Assembly (NCBI GenBank): GCA_965230995.1
Contig: OZ246398.1
Span: 144,227-208,226 of the forward strand
Direction: 5' to 3'
Origin: an uncultured Candidatus Saccharibacteria bacterium
Lineage (GTDB): Bacteria; Patescibacteriota; Minisyncoccia; Phycocordibacterales; G965230995
DNA length: 64,000 bases
The translations under genes and the position numbers were made by a program. Each line of letters begins with the position of its first letter. Within the stretch, counting starts at the first letter, position 1. This document shows, piece after piece, positions 56,083 to 64,000 of this stretch. Under the pieces are notes generated by a model. It did no database searches. It was not told the DNA's origin and saw only the letters and a list, made by a program, of their open reading frames with translations.

Positions 56083-56694
56083 ATGGCTGAAAATACAGAC
56101 ATCGAGGTAATACCAAAAAGGTCTGAGCAAGAACCAGGCATAGAAAGAGTTCCTAAAAGACCGCCGAGAATAAAGACTTGGGTTTTTTGTGCAATGCTCA
56201 TTGTCGCAATCATACTTGATTTAGTTAGCCTCATTCCAGCAGCAAATGACATTACGCTCGTAATTGCCGGTATTCTTTTTGGATTATGGTGGTGGAAACT
56301 CGGACTTGGTTTCCTTAATTTAAAGAAAATAATCACATACTCTCTTTCTGTAATAGTCGAAGCTGTCCCTATTTTGGCCGTTTTGCCCGCTGTTACACTG
56401 GCTGTTGTCGTAACCTTTGTTATTTCTAGGGGAGAAGATAAATTGGGCATTAGCATTATGCCTGGAAAATTTGGCATAGACGCAGGAAAAAATCCAAAAA
56501 GAATTGGCTTAAAAGAGAGATTCAACTCACTTAAAAAAGAAACTAAATGGACCGAGGACGAGAAAAAAATCTTTAAAAGAAAAGATGATACAGCAAGAAA
56601 AGATAAGAACCCACTAGCCTTTGTACCAGGGGAGTATTCAAAAGAAACTGGTTCGCTCGAGGACACAGACAAAGAATACGATATTGACGAATAG
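56083..56694 (+). CDS. polytopic membrane protein (T4SS-like operon)
   Basis: 203 aa, 3-4 TM helices then K/E-rich tail; preferred over the antisense ORF 56040..56705 because it continues the plus-strand operon with 3-nt spacing. Confidence 0.5.
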   Translation: MAENTDIEVIPKRSEQEPGIERVPKRPPRIKTWVFCAMLIVAIILDLVSLIPAANDITLVIAGILFGLWWWKLGLGFLNLKKIITYSLSVIVEAVPILAVLPAVTLAVVVTFVISRGEDKLGISIMPGKFGIDAGKNPKRIGLKERFNSLKKETKWTEDEKKIFKRKDDTARKDKNPLAFVPGEYSKETGSLEDTDKEYDIDE

Positions 56695-56747
56695 TTTTTA
56701 TTCACACCCCGCTTTAATAATTAGTACTAAAAGGCTATAATGTAGTT

Positions 56748-57734
56748 ATGCAAAGAATCTTTTTCTTTTTATCCTTGTTCTTGTTATTTTTTGTTTTTGC
56801 ATCTAATACAAAAGCTCAGAGCAATGCTGTCACTCCTTTTGATATTAAAAACGAAACTAACATTTATGTTTCTCCACAAAACCCTCAGAAAGGCCAAGAT
56901 TTTGAAGTATCCATTGAAAGCTATTCGCTCAACTTGGACGCCTCGACAATATCTTTTTATGCAAATGATGTTTTAATCCAAAAAGAACTTGGAAATAAAA
57001 AGGCTATAATACCAAACAAAAGCACAGTAACTGTTGTGAGGATTTTGATTGAAACATCGCAAGGAAATTTTATAGAAAAAGAAAAAATAGTTTATTCAAA
57101 TTCACTTTCATTAGTCTGGAATGCACAGACAACTGTACCGCCTTTTTACAAAGGCAAAGCTCTTCTTTCAGACGGATCAGAAGTCATAATATCAGCAATT
57201 ACAGAAATCACAGACGAAAACAACAAACAAATTCCACAGGAGCTTTTGATTTTTACATGGAAAGTCAACGGAAAAACAAAATTGGATTTATCGGGAATAG
57301 GAAAGAGTGAAATCGTGATAAGTGATGTTGTGGTAGATGATAAATACAAAATATTTGTAACTGCTGAATCTCGAGATCAAAAATATACTGCCACAAATTA
57401 TCTTGAAATTTCTTTTAGCAACCCAAAGGTTTTGCTTTACGAAACAGACCCTCTCTTTGGACCCTCAAGCTATGCTCTGTCTAATTCTAAAACTACAAAA
57501 AACGAATTGGGAGTAGTTGCTGTCCCTTTCTTTTTCAAAAAAGGAGCGCAAGATAATGTTGTATCTTTTACATGGAGAGTCAACGGCGAAACAGCAAAGA
57601 CAAAGTCGAACCGAATATCGCTACGAAACGAAAAGGGAGGGGAGGGCTATATTGAAATATCAATCCTAGCCGAGAGTCTTCTCGATAAATTTCAAAGATT
57701 CAGTAAAAAAATAACGCTCGAAGCAATAAAATGA
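56748..57734 (+). CDS. secreted protein (T4SS-like operon)
   Basis: signal peptide MQRIFFFLSLFLLFFVFASNTKA; beta-rich. Confidence 0.5.
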   Translation: MQRIFFFLSLFLLFFVFASNTKAQSNAVTPFDIKNETNIYVSPQNPQKGQDFEVSIESYSLNLDASTISFYANDVLIQKELGNKKAIIPNKSTVTVVRILIETSQGNFIEKEKIVYSNSLSLVWNAQTTVPPFYKGKALLSDGSEVIISAITEITDENNKQIPQELLIFTWKVNGKTKLDLSGIGKSEIVISDVVVDDKYKIFVTAESRDQKYTATNYLEISFSNPKVLLYETDPLFGPSSYALSNSKTTKNELGVVAVPFFFKKGAQDNVVSFTWRVNGETAKTKSNRISLRNEKGGEGYIEISILAESLLDKFQRFSKKITLEAIK

Positions 57735-58984
57735 TAAGAAAGAATTTTAAAATAATCTTGTTGTCTATCATAATAGTTTTATGTTTTGCTTTTGTAAAAA
57801 TTACTTTTGCAGCAGACGATAGCGGACTACTCACCTATACACCAATGGAAGTGATAGACGGCCTTACACCGGAAAAAATGCCAGTTAATCTGTCAGATTA
57901 CCTCAATCGGCTTTATGTATTTCTAATTGCATTTTCTTCTGTTATCGCCGTTGTAATGATAACAATTGGTGGTTTTACTTATATTCTATCTGCAAGTTCC
58001 GGTGGAAAAGAAGACGGCAAGGGGATGATAAAAAATGCAATTTTTGGTCTTTTGTTAATGTTTCTTAGCTATCTAATCGTAAATACAGTTAACCCAAGCG
58101 CTCTGGATTTTAATATTTTCAAAAATGCAACTCCTATAAAACCGGTAAGTTTGGAAATTAATACTTCAGGAGAAGGTCAAACCGCTCTAGAAGGGCTCGA
58201 CCCGACCAAAAAAGGACAGTGGGCACTTAGAGTTGTCTCACCAGAAAATTCAGAAATTAGATATTATGATACACAAGTTAAATGTTTATCTGAAAAAGAA
58301 TCGCTTTCTGAAGCAACAACTGCAAAATACAAGATGCCGGCAACAAGTCAATGCACAGCAAAGACTATGAATGTAGATAAAGTATATTATTTTACTTATG
58401 ACTATAAGGATTGGCCGGATAGAAATGTCGTCGAGACGACCAGCTGGTCTGCAACTGGAAAAACAAATTCTATTGCTACAACAGAGATTTCAGAGACAAC
58501 AATGGAAGCCTGTAAACAAAAAAAAGAAGAGGTTATCGCAAAAGCATTAGACAGAAAACCTTATCGTCCAACAACTGCCTGTACATCTCTCCATAATTCT
58601 GAAAATACAAATCAATTTAATTTTAGTTTTATATATCCTTACGGAGAAACGGAAGCAAGAGAATTTGCTACAAAATCATACTCAACAAAAGAATGTGTAC
58701 AAAAATATAAGTTTATCTCAACATACTATGAACCTTATAAGAACATATCGGAATGTAAGGAAAAAAAACCTACCAATTCGACTCAGAAAGCAACCTACTA
58801 TTGCCAAGAGGGGATAGAAATGTATTTGGACGGAAATAATGTGGGGGAACAATCTAAAGGAACAAATAAAACTTCTGGTAATGATTGTTTCAGGACAAAA
58901 TCAGAATGTGAACAAAACTTCAACGAAAAAAAGGTTCAATTAATGCCAAGATATAATTTATCATCATGCATACTGGTAAAATAA
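57731..58984 (+). CDS. VirB2/TrbC-like pilin domain fused to a 270-aa Cys-rich extracellular domain
   Basis: signal peptide then two hydrophobic helices LYVFLIAFSSVIAVVMITIGGFTYILSA and GMIKNAIFGLLLMFLSYLIVNTVNP (T4SS pilin topology), then a C-terminal region with at least 12 Cys. Confidence 0.5.
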   Translation: MIRKNFKIILLSIIIVLCFAFVKITFAADDSGLLTYTPMEVIDGLTPEKMPVNLSDYLNRLYVFLIAFSSVIAVVMITIGGFTYILSASSGGKEDGKGMIKNAIFGLLLMFLSYLIVNTVNPSALDFNIFKNATPIKPVSLEINTSGEGQTALEGLDPTKKGQWALRVVSPENSEIRYYDTQVKCLSEKESLSEATTAKYKMPATSQCTAKTMNVDKVYYFTYDYKDWPDRNVVETTSWSATGKTNSIATTEISETTMEACKQKKEEVIAKALDRKPYRPTTACTSLHNSENTNQFNFSFIYPYGETEAREFATKSYSTKECVQKYKFISTYYEPYKNISECKEKKPTNSTQKATYYCQEGIEMYLDGNNVGEQSKGTNKTSGNDCFRTKSECEQNFNEKKVQLMPRYNLSSCILVK

Positions 58985-60165
58985 AATTAATACTACTTAC
59001 TCTCGGAGCAATATTGGTAATTGCAATTATTGCTTTGTTCACGTATGGTTATTTTGAATCAAAAAATAATGGTAAAACGCTAACACAAACAGTTGTAGAT
59101 ATTTTTCCAAGATCTTCTAAAACAGAAAATACTCCAAATACAGAAGAACCAGCGGAACAACCCCCAGTAGAAATTCCAACAAACACCACCGATATTTACA
59201 CTAAAAAAATTAGAAAAATAGCTAGCGGTCCTATTTCTGGTTCATTTTTTACTGGTACATCAACAGTAAGATACGTAGATAAAGGAACAGGAAATGTGTA
59301 TGAATATTCCTATTACACTAACACAACAAAAAAATTAACATCAACTGTCATCCCGGGAATAAACGATACATTTTGGGTAAACAACAATACTTTTTTTGGT
59401 AGATATGCAGATACAGACTCTGAAATAATTCGTACATTTTTAGGAACAATATCAAATCCCGGAGAGTCTGGCGTTCTTTCAATTGAATTCTTTGAACAAA
59501 ATATAAAAGCAATGACTGTTTCTCCAAAAGGGGATAGAGTCGCTTATCTAGTGGAAAGCGGTCAATACGGAGTTGTTGCAATATATGACATAAAGAAAAA
59601 AACGATTGCTAGAATATCTACAATACCAGGAAGCGAATATTCATTACACTGGAACGAAAATGGATTATACGCTCAAAGCAATGCATCATTTAATCTACCA
59701 GGGTATCTCTTAAAACTATCCCTGACTGGAGAACAGCCAAAAATTGTTATACCTTCTGTTCTAGGTTTACTTTCAAAACCAATCAAAGCAGGTTTCATCG
59801 TATCGTCTTTTAGTACCACACAAGGATATTCTTATATAATGACAAATTCACAAAAGGTAAGTCTGGAAAATCTTGTTATCCCTGAAAAATGCGTAGAAGC
59901 AAAAGAAAATATCTATTGTGCAGTATCTTCTTTAAACAATGAATCTGGTATGCCAGACTCATGGTACAGCGGGGAAACTAGATTGATAGACCGATTAGAA
60001 AAAATAAATATCAAAAATCCACTTGAAAAAGAAGTCGTTTATACATCAGCACTTGGAGAAGACGGCTCGTTTGATATGATCAATCTTCAGATTTCTCAAG
60101 ATTACGAAACACTTATATTTACAGAAAAGGGAACAGGCGATCTCTGGAGTATAGACATAAGATAA
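58966..60165 (+). CDS. membrane-anchored secreted protein (last gene of T4SS-like operon)
   Basis: 399 aa; N-terminal TM; overlaps previous gene; terminator follows. Confidence 0.5.
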   Translation: MHTGKIKLILLTLGAILVIAIIALFTYGYFESKNNGKTLTQTVVDIFPRSSKTENTPNTEEPAEQPPVEIPTNTTDIYTKKIRKIASGPISGSFFTGTSTVRYVDKGTGNVYEYSYYTNTTKKLTSTVIPGINDTFWVNNNTFFGRYADTDSEIIRTFLGTISNPGESGVLSIEFFEQNIKAMTVSPKGDRVAYLVESGQYGVVAIYDIKKKTIARISTIPGSEYSLHWNENGLYAQSNASFNLPGYLLKLSLTGEQPKIVIPSVLGLLSKPIKAGFIVSSFSTTQGYSYIMTNSQKVSLENLVIPEKCVEAKENIYCAVSSLNNESGMPDSWYSGETRLIDRLEKINIKNPLEKEVVYTSALGEDGSFDMINLQISQDYETLIFTEKGTGDLWSIDIR

Positions 60166-60170
60166 TAAAA

Positions 60171-60198
60171 CAAAAAAACCGCTTTGGCGGTTTTTTTG
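60171..60198. terminator. bidirectional terminator
   Basis: aaaaaaaccgc tttg gcggtttttttg. Confidence 0.6.
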
Positions 60199-60199
60199 T

Positions 60200-60652
60200 T
60201 TATATCTGAGAATATTTTATCACCACTCTTCTTTCTTTACCCTCACCAATAGACGATGTTTCGATTCTAATATCGTCACCGAACATATTGTGTATGAGTA
60301 GTCTCTCGTAAGAATTCATCGGCCTTAGCTCTATTGTTTTTTTGGTTTTTACAACTTCTTCGACTGTCTTTCTGACTTCTGCTATAAGCTGATTCATCTC
60401 GTCTTGTTTGTAACCATTTATATCTATATTGAATTTTGCTTCGCTCTTTGTCTTTTGTTTGATTATGAGGCTGAGCAAATGGTGATATGCGTCTATATGT
60501 TCTCCTCTTTTTCCAATAGCCCTTCCAGAATCGTTCGTTCTCACGTTATAAACGATAATATCGCCCTGTTTTACAATTTCTACGTCTATTACATGGACGT
60601 CTAATTTTGCAAAAAAATCTTTTATTAAGGCTATAGTTTCTTCTTGTGTCAT
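60200..60652 (-). CDS. jag: Jag/KhpB RNA-binding protein (KH + R3H domains)
   Basis: 150 aa; GRAIGKRGEHIDAYHHL KH block; R3H-like C-terminus; downstream of yidC as usual. Confidence 0.8.
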   Translation of the reverse strand: MTQEETIALIKDFFAKLDVHVIDVEIVKQGDIIVYNVRTNDSGRAIGKRGEHIDAYHHLLSLIIKQKTKSEAKFNIDINGYKQDEMNQLIAEVRKTVEEVVKTKKTIELRPMNSYERLLIHNMFGDDIRIETSSIGEGKERRVVIKYSQI

Positions 60653-60653
60653 A

Positions 60654-61370
60654 CTATTTCTTTAGGTGTTTCCTGATATAAAGCTCCTGACCTATAGTAA
60701 ATAGATTACTCGTTATCCAATAAAGTGCAATAACCCCAGAAATACTGTAAGCAATGAAATATACGATGACTGGAAAGACATATCTCATCTGAATATTCAT
60801 ACTTCGAGCAAGGTCGTCCTTGAAAGATTCGCCCGGTTTGCCTTTTGGTGTATGTGGTGGTATAGAATATCGCATTTGAAAGAAACTTGAAACAGCAGCT
60901 AGGATGGCTAGAATGTGACTTTTATTTGAAATACTTTCAATCCAAAAGAAGCTCATATTTAAATTTTCTGGCATCTTAACAAAAGAATACAAGAAGCCAG
61001 CATCAATAGAAGGAAATCCTTTTAGAAAAACATAGTAGAGGCTTATGATGATTGGAATCTGGATGATAGTAAGGAGCAGAGTAGAGAAGGGGTTGATATC
61101 ATTTTCTTTGTACAACTCTAATATCTTGCGAGCATATTCTTGTTGATTGTCTTTATATTTTTCTTTTAGCTCGTCCATTTTAGGCTGGAGAGCCTTCATT
61201 CCGATCTGTGTCTTTACAGCCTTTTTAGAAAGAGGGAAGAGGAGTAGCTTGATTATTACCGTAAAAACGATTACCGCAAAGCCAGCATTCATAAAAGGAA
61301 AACTATCTATGAGAAAAACCAGTCCATTGTACAGAGGTTTATAAATCGTTATTTTAAAAAATGAAAACAT
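60654..61370 (-). CDS. yidC: membrane protein insertase YidC (short form)
   Basis: 238 aa; 5 TM; YidC/Oxa1 conserved hydrophilic groove residues. Confidence 0.85.
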   Translation of the reverse strand: MFSFFKITIYKPLYNGLVFLIDSFPFMNAGFAVIVFTVIIKLLLFPLSKKAVKTQIGMKALQPKMDELKEKYKDNQQEYARKILELYKENDINPFSTLLLTIIQIPIIISLYYVFLKGFPSIDAGFLYSFVKMPENLNMSFFWIESISNKSHILAILAAVSSFFQMRYSIPPHTPKGKPGESFKDDLARSMNIQMRYVFPVIVYFIAYSISGVIALYWITSNLFTIGQELYIRKHLKK

Positions 61371-61379
61371 TTATGAATT

Positions 61380-61712
61380 TTAGCTTATTTTTTTGTGTAT
61401 CTCAACCATAACTTGAGCTACATCGTTTTTAATTAATTCTTTATCTGCATTTTTAATTGTTGGTTTAACAAAAAAAATAACATCACAAACACTATCTAGT
61501 ATGTGATTTTCGATTGCATCAAAAACCTGCCTTCGTATTCTATTTCTATCGTGGGCAAGCTTATAAACCTTTTTTGGGACAACAACGGCAAAACGAGGCT
61601 TTTCTTCCGCCTTTTTTGCCCTTATGGCAAAAAGATTAGTGCTAAAAACCTTTGAGCCCTTGAAAACAAGATCAAATTTATCCTTTTGAAGTCTTCTTTG
61701 CTTTGAAAGCAT
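61380..61712 (-). CDS. rnpA: ribonuclease P protein component
   Basis: 110 aa; RNR motif NRIRRQ; positioned between rpmH and yidC. Confidence 0.85.
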   Translation of the reverse strand: MLSKQRRLQKDKFDLVFKGSKVFSTNLFAIRAKKAEEKPRFAVVVPKKVYKLAHDRNRIRRQVFDAIENHILDSVCDVIFFVKPTIKNADKELIKNDVAQVMVEIHKKIS

Positions 61713-61764
61713 ATAAAGACACTACACCTAAAAAACAAAAAAGAACAGCTTTTGGCTGTTCTTT

Positions 61765-61902
61765 TTAGACTGTTGTTATTCTCTTTCTTCCTTTTTGTCT
61801 CCTTCGCTTTAGAGTGTTTTGTCCAGTTTTTGTTTTGCTTCTTACGAGAAAACCGTGTGTCTTTGCTCGTTTTTTCTTTTTTGGTTGATATGTAATCGAC
61901 AT
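61765..61902 (-). CDS. rpmH: 50S ribosomal protein L34
   Basis: minus-strand translation [45 protein letters not shown]; not in the supplied ORF track (under 60 aa); hairpin 61735-61768 downstream. Confidence 0.8.
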   Translation of the reverse strand: MSITYQPKKKKRAKTHGFLVRSKTKTGQNTLKRRRQKGRKRITTV

Positions 61903-62125
61903 ACTGTTTGTTTACGTTTATAGATAGAGGAACTTTACATTAAAAAAATAAAAAGCGCAATAGGGGAGAGTAGCCAAAAACTTACTCCACACTTTATGCA
62001 CAGCTTATCAACATATAAGCTGTTTTTCCGCAAGTTCACGAACACACTACAGAGTATATAATGGATTTACTACAGAGAGCGATTGGGACAATTTTTTTTG
62101 AAACTTTAGTAATAAACATTGGAGT

Positions 62126-63472
62126 ATGGACTACAAACAACTTTGGGATGGAGTGTTGGTGGAAGTAGAGATGACGGTCTCAAAGGCAAGTTTTAATACT
62201 TGGTTCAAAGACACTTTTATTTCAGGTTGGAGCGACGGGGCAATAATCCTCAGTGTTCCTAATACATTCGTAAAAGAATGGCTCTCAAACAAATACCACA
62301 ACGTAATTCTCAAATCTCTACGAAAAATAAACCCTGAAATCCGTGCTCTCGAATACACAATATCCAAAGACGGAGCAAAGAAAGCCCCAGACAAGCCCCA
62401 AAACAAAATGGGGGACACAGGTATTTTGCCACTTGTTGAACAACACATAAACAAAGAAGATAATCTAAACCCAAAATACACTTTCGATACATTTGTCGTC
62501 GGACCTTTCAACGAATTAGCCCACGCAGCATCTCAAGCTGTCATAAATAGGCCAGGTCTTGCATACAACCCATTGTTTATCTATGGAAACACAGGACACG
62601 GAAAGACTCATCTAATCCAAGCAATCGGAAATCAAATAAAAAAACTATATCCTCAAAAATTAGTCTACTATGTTACCTCTGAAAAATTTGCTCAGGACTT
62701 GATTAATTCCATAACAAGCCAAAAAGTAAATGCCTTCAAGGAAAAGTATCGAAGATATGATGTCATCATAATGGACGACATTCAGTTTCTTTCAAACAAA
62801 GAAAAAACCCAAGAGGAATTGTTCCATATTTTTAATTCTCTGTATGAAAACAACAAACAAATAGTATTTTCTTCTGATACACACCCTCATTACATACCAA
62901 ATCTCGAGGACAGACTAAAATCACGCTTTGCTGCTGGTATGACAGTGGATATTCCAGCGCCCGATCACGAATCCCGAACCGCGATTTTGAACGCAAAAGC
63001 AAGACAACTAGGGCTTGATGTAACACCAGAGATCATAAATTTCCTCGCCACAACTATTCCGGGTAACATTAGGGAACTAGAAGGTGTCTTAAACACAGTT
63101 CTATGCCAAGTTCAGCTAAAAAAGAGACCTCTTTCTCTAAACGAAATTAGAGATCTTATAAAAAATGCTTCTAAACCAAAAAAACTTATCTCTACAAAAG
63201 AAGTAATAAAGATTGTTGCTGATTTTTATGGAATAGAAGAATCAAGCATATATGAAAAAACCCGCAGAAAGGACATTATAAGGCCAAGACAAGTCTTGAT
63301 GTATATTTTGCGTGAAGATTTTAATATCTCTTTCCCTTCAATCGGACAAAAGATTGGGGGCAGGGATCACACAACCGTAATTCACTCTTGTGAAAAGATA
63401 AAAGGGGACATAAAAGAAGATAACGCCTTAAACCAAGAGATAAACCAGCTCCGAGCACTGCTTGGAAGCTAG
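62126..63472 (+). CDS. dnaA: chromosomal replication initiator DnaA
   Basis: 448 aa; AAA+ Walker A GNTGHGKTHL; C-terminal DnaA-box-binding helix-turn-helix. Confidence 0.9.
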   Translation: MDYKQLWDGVLVEVEMTVSKASFNTWFKDTFISGWSDGAIILSVPNTFVKEWLSNKYHNVILKSLRKINPEIRALEYTISKDGAKKAPDKPQNKMGDTGILPLVEQHINKEDNLNPKYTFDTFVVGPFNELAHAASQAVINRPGLAYNPLFIYGNTGHGKTHLIQAIGNQIKKLYPQKLVYYVTSEKFAQDLINSITSQKVNAFKEKYRRYDVIIMDDIQFLSNKEKTQEELFHIFNSLYENNKQIVFSSDTHPHYIPNLEDRLKSRFAAGMTVDIPAPDHESRTAILNAKARQLGLDVTPEIINFLATTIPGNIRELEGVLNTVLCQVQLKKRPLSLNEIRDLIKNASKPKKLISTKEVIKIVADFYGIEESSIYEKTRRKDIIRPRQVLMYILREDFNISFPSIGQKIGGRDHTTVIHSCEKIKGDIKEDNALNQEINQLRALLGS

Positions 63473-63704
63473 TGTGGATAAATTGTTAATAACTGTCTTA
63501 AAACCAGTTAAAAAGTAATAACAAATAGTGAATAAAATAAGGTTATAGACAAGAAAAAAGAAAACAAAATCAGATATCCACAGAATATAAAAAATGAAAA
63601 ACCAGAAAAAACCATTACAGACAAACATATTTCATTTCTAATCCACATATCCACCATCCTAATAAGTAATAACAATAATATATTAAAAGAATAAGTAATC
63701 TATA
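63473..63704. promoter_or_regulatory. candidate oriC: DnaA-box cluster and AT-rich unwinding region between dnaA and dnaN
   Basis: perfect box tgtggataa at 63474-63482; 1-mismatch boxes at 63574-63582 and 63639-63647; AT-rich 63660-63700. Confidence 0.5.
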
Positions 63705-64000
63705 TGAAATTTGAAATCCTCAAAGAGAATATATCGAGAGAACTTTCCAAAGCAGAAAAGATGACAGGAAAGAATCTAAGTCTTCCTGTTCTTTCTGCTG
63801 TTTTTCTTGAGGCAGATAAAAACTCTCTCTGCATCAGAGCAACCAATCTTGATTTAGGAATCGAGATTAGACTACCCGCTGTTGTTTCAAAAGAAGGCAA
63901 GGTTGCTGTTTCAGCTCGGGTCATACTGTCTTTCTTGAATAATGTAAAAGACGGCGAGAAGCTCAAATTTGAGCTAAAGGAAGGAGTACTGAATATTAGT
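63705..64000 (+). CDS. dnaN: DNA polymerase III beta sliding clamp (5' part; runs off window end)
   Basis: MKFEILKENISRELSKAEKMTGKNLSLPVLSAVFLEADKNSLCIRATNLDLGIEI typical DnaN N-terminus. Confidence 0.85.

Noticed and set aside
56040-56705. 221-aa minus-strand ORF antisense to the T4SS-like operon
   Set aside because: It fully overlaps the plus-strand 203-aa membrane-protein ORF, which fits the operon spacing. Its low-complexity Ser/Phe-rich translation is typical of antisense frames in AT-rich DNA.
63700-63966. 88-aa minus-strand ORF
   Set aside because: It is antisense to the clear dnaN 5' coding region.
1-64000. CRISPR arrays, rRNA genes, transposase or IS elements
   Set aside because: No direct-repeat/spacer arrays, no rRNA-like conserved stretches and no transposase-like ORFs were seen. 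The only recombinase is a single XerC/XerD-like gene in a housekeeping context.

Overview
This is a low-GC (roughly 35%) bacterial chromosomal segment. The small proteins, many hypothetical genes, RNase Y and minimal secretion-system content suggest a Candidate Phyla Radiation (CPR)/Patescibacteria-like genome, though that placement is inference only. It contains the replication-origin neighbourhood: jag-yidC-rnpA-rpmH on the minus strand, dnaA-dnaN on the plus strand, and DnaA boxes in the dnaA-dnaN spacer. Housekeeping genes include livHM, pgk-tpiA, nusA, ppa, tig, rsmE, clpP, rny, hup, cca, xth, xerC/D, rpsO, pnp, comM, pcrA and ksgA. A type IV pilus block carries four minor prepilin genes with pilC and pilB, followed by tandem secreted paralogs and a Trp-rich repeat protein. 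There are four tRNA genes. A 12.4-kb single-strand operon (47.7-60.2 kb) encodes a minimal type IV secretion system (T4SS)-like apparatus: a VirB6/TrbL-like polytopic protein, a small 2-TM protein, a VirB4 ATPase split by a frameshift, and a VirB2-like pilin fused to a Cys-rich domain, plus several secreted or membrane proteins. Other notable points: a 62-nt identical hairpin element embedded in tRNA 3'-end duplications next to tRNA-Gly and tRNA-Pro; three short ~60% GC islets, each a self-contained promoter-small ORF-terminator module; a cluster of 14-18-bp palindromic motifs around cca; a tmRNA-like 5' domain with no recognisable 3' half; a TfoX_N gene broken at a homopolymer; and a four-gene operon of unknown helical proteins. 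All calls rest on reading the sequence and translations by eye; no database searches were run.
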